Virus record (IMG/VR): IMGVR_UViG_3300032296_003307
Span: 124,001 to 188,000 of that record
Length of the DNA: 64,000 nucleotides
Reading direction: 5' to 3' (one strand)
Shown here: positions 58,217 through 64,000 of the stretch, piece after piece
Layout: every line of letters starts with the position of its first letter
Numbering within the stretch: the stretch's first letter is position 1
The notes under the pieces: model-generated
Database searches by the model: none
What the model saw: only the letters and a program-made list of their open reading frames with translations
Told to the model about the DNA's origin: nothing
Position numbers and translations under genes: made by a program

Positions 58217-58219
58217 CTG

Positions 58220-58307
58220 TGGAAGGTGAGGGGCTCGAACCCTCGCGCCGGTCACCCGACCTAACAGTTTAGCAAACTGTCCCCTTCACCAACTTGGGTA
58301 ACCTTCC
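58220..58307 (-). tRNA. tRNA-Ser(GCT)
   Basis: GGAAGGT/ACCTTCC acceptor stem, ACAGT-TTGCTAA-ACTGT anticodon arm, long variable arm, GGTTCGAG T-loop. Confidence 0.92.
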
Positions 58308-58334
58308 AAAAAAAATCCCGACCTAGCTCGGGAT
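58308..58334 (-). terminator. Terminator-like hairpin between the two tRNA genes
   Basis: ATCCCGA/TCGGGAT followed by an 8-T tract on the minus strand. Confidence 0.55.
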
Positions 58335-58349
58335 AACACATTGGATTTG

Positions 58350-58437
58350 CGGAAGCTGAGGGATTCGAACCCCCGGACCCCGTTAAGGGTCTTCAGTTTT
58401 CAAGACTGACGCGATAGACCAACTCTGCCAAACTTCC
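58350..58437 (-). tRNA. tRNA-Ser(TGA)
   Basis: GGAAGTT/AGCTTCC acceptor stem, TCAGT-CTTGAAA-ACTGA anticodon arm, long variable arm, GGTTCGAAT, G discriminator. Confidence 0.92.
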
Positions 58438-58451
58438 GAAACTATTATAAT

Positions 58452-58877
58452 TTAAAGAACATTATCGTTTTTGTCAACAATACCTTCCATTATATTAAGT
58501 ATCCTGTTTTTTGCTCTTTCACTGATAGGTATAGAATTTCCTTCTTCATCTATTCTTACAAAAGTAATAAATGTACTTAAAAGAAGGTTTTGTTTTCCTG
58601 TGTAAACACTATGTGAACGGGCTTCAATGTACAAAGTTACTGAAGTTGTTCCAACTTTTTCAGGTTTTCCATAAATTTTCATTAATTGACCCTCTTTTCC
58701 TGGTCTGTGAAAAACACATTGGTCTAATCCTCTTGTTACAACCATCGGAGTATCACATAGTTGCATTGCCAATCCTGAAGCCGCTGAATCAACCCACGCG
58801 AGTATTTTTCCGCCAAATAAATTTTTATGAAAACCTAAGTCAGAAGTTTTAATAGGGTGAGTATTCAAATATTGCAT
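58452..58877 (-). CDS. Hotdog-fold acyl-CoA thioesterase
   Basis: DLGFHKNLFGGKILAWVD.AA...VVT...F..P...KVGTTSV...TFVRIDEEG. Confidence 0.88.
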   Translation of the reverse strand: MQYLNTHPIKTSDLGFHKNLFGGKILAWVDSAASGLAMQLCDTPMVVTRGLDQCVFHRPGKEGQLMKIYGKPEKVGTTSVTLYIEARSHSVYTGKQNLLLSTFITFVRIDEEGNSIPISERAKNRILNIMEGIVDKNDNVL

Positions 58878-58946
58878 AATACAATTATATAACCAATCAT
58901 GATTATATCAAACTAATTTTTAATAATTGCTGATATTTATTTTATT

Positions 58947-59726
58947 ATGAAAAATGTCGTTAAATTGTCAGAAAGAGATTTGAGAAAAATCGTCTCTAAG
59001 GTTTTAAGTGAACAGCCAAAAAAAGAAATGGACCCATATATTTCAACACCAGGTAGGGGTGATTATTTGAATAGAACCGCAGGGTCTGAGGGTGAAATGT
59101 TAGGGGTTGAAAAAATACTCCAAGGAAAAAAACTTGACGGGTCAATGTTTTTAAATGGTGTTGACAAAATTGATAAAAATAGTTCCGCTTACAAAGCAGG
59201 ATTGTCTGACCTAAAAAAACTATACAATATACTTAAATCAAAATCAATAAGTGGTTTTGATGTTACCGTTCAAGGTGGTGCGTCTGCGGTAGGGTCTTCT
59301 GGTGGATATGATAATGACGCTCTTGCTAAAAGAAGAGCCAACAATTTTATAAGAGCGGTAAGAGAAGATTTACCTGCCGATTTACCAATGAAATTCAATG
59401 TAACCTCAACAGTTGGTAAGGCAACTAAACAAAATTCTCCTGAAGCCAATGCGGAACAATTTGTAAAACTTTCATATCCTGATAAAACATCAATTAAAAG
59501 AGCACCGGTCCAATTGGGTAGAGATAATACAGCTGGTAGATATAGTGACCCAAACTTCCAACCAAAGAACAAACCTGTTGGGGGGGATAGACCTTACATG
59601 ATTTTGAAGATTCATTATAACGAAGGAACAAAACAAGGTGTTTTAAATAAGTTATATGGCGCGACTAGAGATGAAAGAACTGTAACAACAGATATTACCG
59701 ATAAGGCGAAAAAATTAGGACTCTAA
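58947..59726 (+). CDS. Leader-bearing protein with OmpA/MotB-like C-terminal motif
   Basis: MKNVVKLSERDLRKIVSKVLSEQ; VTVQGGAS...NDALAKRRANN. Confidence 0.55.
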   Translation: MKNVVKLSERDLRKIVSKVLSEQPKKEMDPYISTPGRGDYLNRTAGSEGEMLGVEKILQGKKLDGSMFLNGVDKIDKNSSAYKAGLSDLKKLYNILKSKSISGFDVTVQGGASAVGSSGGYDNDALAKRRANNFIRAVREDLPADLPMKFNVTSTVGKATKQNSPEANAEQFVKLSYPDKTSIKRAPVQLGRDNTAGRYSDPNFQPKNKPVGGDRPYMILKIHYNEGTKQGVLNKLYGATRDERTVTTDITDKAKKLGL

Positions 59727-60356
59727 TTCTGAATCTTTTTGAACACTATCAACAACTTTCATTAATATATCTTTAACCATATTTCCACCAACGATAAAAG
59801 CCCCCGAAACTAATAAACGGGATAATATATCATTAAATTCGTTGATTGTGAATGATTCGTCTTTGTACATATAATCTAAATAACCCACTAAAGGAATTAG
59901 ATAAGTATATGACATTATATCGGCAAATTGATGTCCCATAGTCGCAAGGTTTTTCATAAATTGTTTGAAAAGTCTCATCAAGATTTTACCTTTTGACACG
60001 ACCCTTTTCAATACGGGAAGAAGACCCTCAGTTTTTAAATCTTGATACAAATCCTGTATTTGTGTTTTATTATTATAATAAATCATTGCTAAGGCGGCAA
60101 TCATAATTTTGGTAATTTGAGTATCTGTAAGCTCAGGATTTTCACCTTTTAAAAACTCTTCTAAAGGTTTCCCAATACCACCAATTGCAGAACCCCAAGT
60201 AATTAAAAACCTGAAAGAAACACCAAAATCTTTCATGGCTCTTTTTTTCAAACCTTTAGCATATTCTATTGTTGATTTCGCCAATTCTTTTAAGTCTGAA
60301 CCAACGCTTTCAGTTAAAATTATTTTGTATTGTTCTTCTGTAATTACGATTTTCAT
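59715..60356 (-). CDS. Leader-bearing helical/membrane-associated protein
   Basis: MKIVITEEQYKIILTES; glycine-rich hydrophobic helices. Confidence 0.7.
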   Translation of the reverse strand: MKIVITEEQYKIILTESVGSDLKELAKSTIEYAKGLKKRAMKDFGVSFRFLITWGSAIGGIGKPLEEFLKGENPELTDTQITKIMIAALAMIYYNNKTQIQDLYQDLKTEGLLPVLKRVVSKGKILMRLFKQFMKNLATMGHQFADIMSYTYLIPLVGYLDYMYKDESFTINEFNDILSRLLVSGAFIVGGNMVKDILMKVVDSVQKDSELES

Positions 60357-60386
60357 CATTTATAAATATCATAGTATTTATTAAAT

Positions 60387-61010
60387 ATGGAAAACAAAAA
60401 CAATCCCGAATTAGTGGTTGGTGATGATGTGATTTTATTACACATGGAAGACGAATTTATGAGAATGGGTCTTAAAGGAGTCGTAAAAGCGATTAATAAC
60501 ACCCCTTGGGGTATACAATACTCTGTTGAATGGCAGAATGGAAGTAGATTGGATTTAATTCCTGATGTTGATAAATGGATGAAACCAAGTCAAATAAAAA
60601 AGAAAAAAGTTGATGAGGCTGAAGACCCAAGAGTTGGAAATATAAAAAAAAACTTGGACGTTTTAAAATATCTAAAAAAAGATAAAGATAAAGTTTTTGG
60701 TTTTTTATCTAAATTACAAGAATCAGGTCTTACAAATATGTTAGGTGCCGGTCCTGTTTTGAGTTATTCAGGTAAAGACATGGAAAAATGGATTGAGGGT
60801 ATGTTCAAGGATTCTGAAGATTATACAGAATTAATTGATGCCGCTGATGAATCAAGAGACGCACTAATAAGAGCGGTAATGAACATGTATGAAGACAAAG
60901 GTCTTGACATTGACGATATGGACAAAGTTAACAGAGATTTTAGAAATTTAACTAAAAAAGTTATGGAACTTTATACTATAAATTACAAAGATTTCATAAA
61001 GAAACGATAA
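60387..61010 (+). CDS. SH3-like plus helical domain hypothetical protein
   Basis: VGD.V.L..M...KG.V...Y.V.W.NGS.L.LIP..D.W (DUF4314-like, from memory). Confidence 0.65.
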   Translation: MENKNNPELVVGDDVILLHMEDEFMRMGLKGVVKAINNTPWGIQYSVEWQNGSRLDLIPDVDKWMKPSQIKKKKVDEAEDPRVGNIKKNLDVLKYLKKDKDKVFGFLSKLQESGLTNMLGAGPVLSYSGKDMEKWIEGMFKDSEDYTELIDAADESRDALIRAVMNMYEDKGLDIDDMDKVNRDFRNLTKKVMELYTINYKDFIKKR

Positions 61011-61285
61011 TCTTCATTAATCACTTTAGGTTCCAAAGACAAATCTAAAAACACAGCATTTTGTTCACCAGCGTACAACCCTAATATATTAAAATCATAA
61101 TACTCTTCAGCTTCTTGTTGGGTCATTGGATTTACCTCCTGCAATTTTTGTAAAATTTTATTTTTGTCGTATAGAATTCTTTTCCCGTTTCCAAATTCTT
61201 CAACAATCCCAATAATACAATCTTCTAAACCTGTTAAAAGAATTGCACCTTCGGCATATTCGTGGATATCAACTTCAAAACTCAT
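60983..61285 (-). CDS. Conserved phage hypothetical protein
   Basis: GLEDCIIG...YD..KI...EAEEY.DFNI.G.Y.GE. Confidence 0.7.
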   Translation of the reverse strand: MSFEVDIHEYAEGAILLTGLEDCIIGIVEEFGNGKRILYDKNKILQKLQEVNPMTQQEAEEYYDFNILGLYAGEQNAVFLDLSLEPKVINEDYRFFMKSL

Positions 61286-61683
61286 GGTGTAAAATAATAA
61301 GATATTCTACCAACTTCATCAAATACGGCAACTGTCATTCCATATTCTCCTTTAACCAAAACCATACCCATTTGTCTACCTAATCCAACGTGATTAACCT
61401 TTAGATAAGCGGTCGTGTCATCAACATACTTAAAATCTAAAATATCGTAATTTATTGTACCATTACTAACCAATCCTTTACTGTCTGAGTTCACTCTAAA
61501 CTCCCATTTACTGGCAAATGGTATTTTATCTTCATTACTTACAAAATCCCATTTTTTTTCATTGTAATTCCATATCATTTTGGAAGTTTGTTTGTAGTTT
61601 GTTTGTACTACAAAAGTTTCATAATCTTGTCCATATAAAGTAAGTGAAAATAGGGACAATAAGAGAATTAATATTTTTTTCAT
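61282..61683 (-). CDS. Secreted beta-rich hypothetical protein
   Basis: Signal peptide MKKILILLLSLFSLTLYGQ. Confidence 0.7.
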   Translation of the reverse strand: MKKILILLLSLFSLTLYGQDYETFVVQTNYKQTSKMIWNYNEKKWDFVSNEDKIPFASKWEFRVNSDSKGLVSNGTINYDILDFKYVDDTTAYLKVNHVGLGRQMGMVLVKGEYGMTVAVFDEVGRISYYFTP

Positions 61684-61694
61684 AGTGAAAGTAT

Positions 61695-61727
61695 AAAAAA
61701 GAAAAAGGTCGGAATCAACCGACCTTT
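61695..61727 (-). terminator. Intrinsic terminator
   Basis: AAAGGTCGG/CCGACCTTT, same stem as at 51014. Confidence 0.65.
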
Positions 61728-61731
61728 CTTT

Positions 61732-62484
61732 CTAATTACCCCAAAGTTTTTCAACAACAAACTTAAATCTCTTTTGGTTCACATATTCTTTTACCTGAGA
61801 TTTAGGAAGCCAAAATTCAAATTCACCAACTTCTTCAATTCTTCTTTTAAGGTCTGCCTTAAATCGAGAAACTTCGTTGGCGTTCTTGATGTAAGTGATA
61901 CCCATGTTTTTAGCACAAATGGCTCCCATGCCTGTTAAAATTGAAAACTCATCTGTCAAAGTTGCTCCACAACAACGACAAACATCACCATTTTCTTCTG
62001 TCATTTTAACAGTTACTTTAACCGCCTTTTCAGTGATTTGGGTAGCTTTAATCATATCAACCAAGATTGGCATGAACTCCAAACCATACTCTTTTTTTAG
62101 TTTCAGAGCGACACCACGTTTTATTTTGATGGACTCATTGTTTAAGGGTATGTTGATTTTTTGTGCGGGTGCTTTGTTTTCTTTTGCGATTTGTTTAACC
62201 GCTGAGATTATTTGTTTATCAGACAAACGTCTCCAAGTTTTGTATTGTTCTTTAATTTTGAGAACAAATTCGTTGGGTCCTTGATAATTCACGATTGATT
62301 TCAGGTCGTCAGAAAGTTCGTCAACGTTAATATCGTTAACCTTTTCTTCTTGGATAAGAATTTTTTCTGCAATTTCAAACTGTTTTGAGGTCAAGCGACC
62401 GTATTTGTGTAATCCGGGTTGGATGTTACGAATGAAAGAATTGTTTCCGTTGTACTCTCTTACTTTTTGTTCTACTGTTTTCAT
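61732..62484 (-). CDS. Zn-finger (DUF6011-like) protein
   Basis: CRCCGATLTD..SI..GMGAICA; TATCTTTG promoter upstream. Confidence 0.7.
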   Translation of the reverse strand: MKTVEQKVREYNGNNSFIRNIQPGLHKYGRLTSKQFEIAEKILIQEEKVNDINVDELSDDLKSIVNYQGPNEFVLKIKEQYKTWRRLSDKQIISAVKQIAKENKAPAQKINIPLNNESIKIKRGVALKLKKEYGLEFMPILVDMIKATQITEKAVKVTVKMTEENGDVCRCCGATLTDEFSILTGMGAICAKNMGITYIKNANEVSRFKADLKRRIEEVGEFEFWLPKSQVKEYVNQKRFKFVVEKLWGN

Positions 62485-62554
62485 GGTGGTTGTTTTTAAC
62501 AATACAAAGATACGCGCTTTTTTCGATTGCACAACTATTTATAAAGAAAAAATT

Positions 62555-63865
62555 ATGAACGCATATTTTTTCAATATGACTCCTGAAGAAAGAGAGTCAA
62601 TCTTAGACAAACATAAACATGTTTACAACGGTTATCAAACTTTGCAAGCAAATATCCCAAATCCCCAACCATTATATGTTCAGGATTATGCTAACGACAA
62701 AGAAGGGATAACAGTGTCCAACAAAGGTAAGGTAATGTCATACAGAAACCAAAACATAAATGAAAGTATTCAAGAAGGTAATATGTGTGAGCAGTGTGGT
62801 AGTATGATGAACGAAGGTGAAACGTGTGAACAATGTGAAAGCAGATATGAAAGTATAAAAGAAGGTGAAATGTGTGAACAATGTGGAGGCACAATGTCTG
62901 AAGGTAAATGTAAAGTGTGTAGTAAATACAAAAAATACGACGTTGATATATATGATGTTGAAGATTTAAATCCAAAAAACAAATTTGATTATGTTGAAGG
63001 TATGGAAACTTCAGAGTTAGATGAAATAAGAATTGGAGATTTAGAACTTGACAAACCATACAGTATGAAATTTACGAAATTTGACGAACCAGATTTTCCA
63101 AAATACGACAAAAAAATGAAGTACACAGGTAAAATACAATATAAAGACGGAAAACCTATGCATGGATTCTCATCAATTGAGGACGAACCAAGTTGGGCAA
63201 GTTTTACAGGAGATGATGACGAAGAATTAAGAGATGTATACCCTATTGATTTAGAAGAAATGGAATCAAATTATGACTATAAATTACCTGCATACCAATT
63301 CAAATCACATGGACCAATAGACGCTTACGATGAAAGCGATAAGAATTATTTTGAGGATTCTGTTGATGTGTTTGATGATGAAGATTTACAGGCGGGAAGA
63401 GCTTTTTCAGACATGGGAGACAAAAGTGATTGGTCGGATGAAAAAATATTAATGAGTTTAAGAAGTGATTCTGATAAATCTATGGGAACCGATACATCGA
63501 TAGATATGGATTTAAGTGACGTTAAAGAACCATATACTTTTGCATCAGGAGGTCCCGGTAGAAGTATTGGTGTATATGAAGAATTGGAAGAGGAATCTTC
63601 GGCAAAAATAGGTCCATACGCGAACAAATCTTTAAAAGAACTTCAAAATGAGTTGGCTAAATTAAACGCCAAAGCAGACGAACACAAAGAAAAAGATGAA
63701 AACTTACCTGTAGATATTAAAATGAAACTAAATCAAGTACGTAACGCAATTCAGGCTAAAAGAAAATCAAAAGTTGAAGAAGATGTTAATGAAGATTTAC
63801 GAGAGTCGTTCATCAAACAAAAAAATAAAATAACAGAAATGTTTAACAGAATACAAAAATACTAA
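62555..63865 (+). CDS. Leader-bearing acidic protein with tandem CEQCG Zn-ribbon repeats
   Basis: Start reassigned after TATTTATA: MNAYFFNMTPEERESILDKH; EG..CEQCG repeats; many (I/L)xE sites. Confidence 0.75.
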   Translation: MNAYFFNMTPEERESILDKHKHVYNGYQTLQANIPNPQPLYVQDYANDKEGITVSNKGKVMSYRNQNINESIQEGNMCEQCGSMMNEGETCEQCESRYESIKEGEMCEQCGGTMSEGKCKVCSKYKKYDVDIYDVEDLNPKNKFDYVEGMETSELDEIRIGDLELDKPYSMKFTKFDEPDFPKYDKKMKYTGKIQYKDGKPMHGFSSIEDEPSWASFTGDDDEELRDVYPIDLEEMESNYDYKLPAYQFKSHGPIDAYDESDKNYFEDSVDVFDDEDLQAGRAFSDMGDKSDWSDEKILMSLRSDSDKSMGTDTSIDMDLSDVKEPYTFASGGPGRSIGVYEELEEESSAKIGPYANKSLKELQNELAKLNAKADEHKEKDENLPVDIKMKLNQVRNAIQAKRKSKVEEDVNEDLRESFIKQKNKITEMFNRIQKY

Positions 63866-63870
63866 AAAAT

Positions 63871-63893
63871 AGGTCCCATTTGGGACCTTTTTT
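63871..63893 (+). terminator. Intrinsic terminator
   Basis: AGGTCCCA/TGGGACCT followed by a T tract. Confidence 0.75.
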
Positions 63894-63950
63894 ATTTCAT
63901 ATATTTCTTTTTGTAAATTTGTAGATATTTCTTATAAAAATAAAATTATT

Positions 63951-64000
63951 ATGGAAGTAAAAGAAATTGTGGACGTATTCGTTCACGAAAATGTTGTTGA
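63951..64000 (+). CDS. Partial ORF running off the window
   Basis: MEVKEIVDVFVHENVV... after an A-rich leader. Confidence 0.5.
   Translation, partial: MEVKEIVDVFVHENVV

Noticed and set aside
58160-58255. N-terminal extension of the 57062 ORF (MTGARVRAPH...)
   Set aside because: It overlaps tRNA-Ser(GCT) and a terminator; the ATG at 58159 with a promoter-like box is more plausible.
62405-62554. Upstream extension of the 62405 ORF
   Set aside because: It overlaps the divergent 61732 gene; TATTTATA and the leader point to ATG 62555.
1-64000. Stop-codon reassignment (alternative genetic code)
   Set aside because: Code 11 gives dense, full-length genes. TAA, TAG and TGA all end genes at sensible junctions, and no suppressor tRNA was seen.

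Overview
A 64-kb, AT-rich, gene-dense segment of a large tailed phage. No cellular housekeeping genes are present, and TAnnTTTG promoters point to a Bacteroidota host. The dominant signal is about 55 otherwise unrelated ORFs that start with one of a few short conserved N-terminal leaders (MKKIVRLTESDL..IVKRVLKE, MKIIITESQ, MKRFIITEEEK..IL, MNLQESIRRILKEE). These leaders end in (I/L/V)-x-E, and most sit just behind a TATTTAT box. Payloads behind the leaders include an ECF sigma factor, PPK2, three ADP-ribosyltransferase-like and two ParB-like domains, a shikimate-kinase-like P-loop protein, a PD-(D/E)xK-like protein, an HExxH peptidase, a GH108 lysozyme and an OmpA-like protein. My working hypothesis is a T4-internal-protein-like capsid-targeting tag that delivers a large, recombination-shuffled effector payload. 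A largely non-coding 2.1-kb region (14.1-16.2 kb) holds five perfect DnaA boxes, hairpins and G/C tracts, making it an origin-like or terminus-like locus. It is flanked by a putative restriction-modification pair and by GIY-YIG and HNH genes. Also present: Pro/Thr-rich, LamG and beta-helix surface proteins, a GH19 endolysin with a holin candidate, an RNA ligase, a metallophosphoesterase, a secreted nuclease, an acyl-CoA thioesterase and two tRNA-Ser genes. All protein assignments come from motif recognition by eye; no database was searched.
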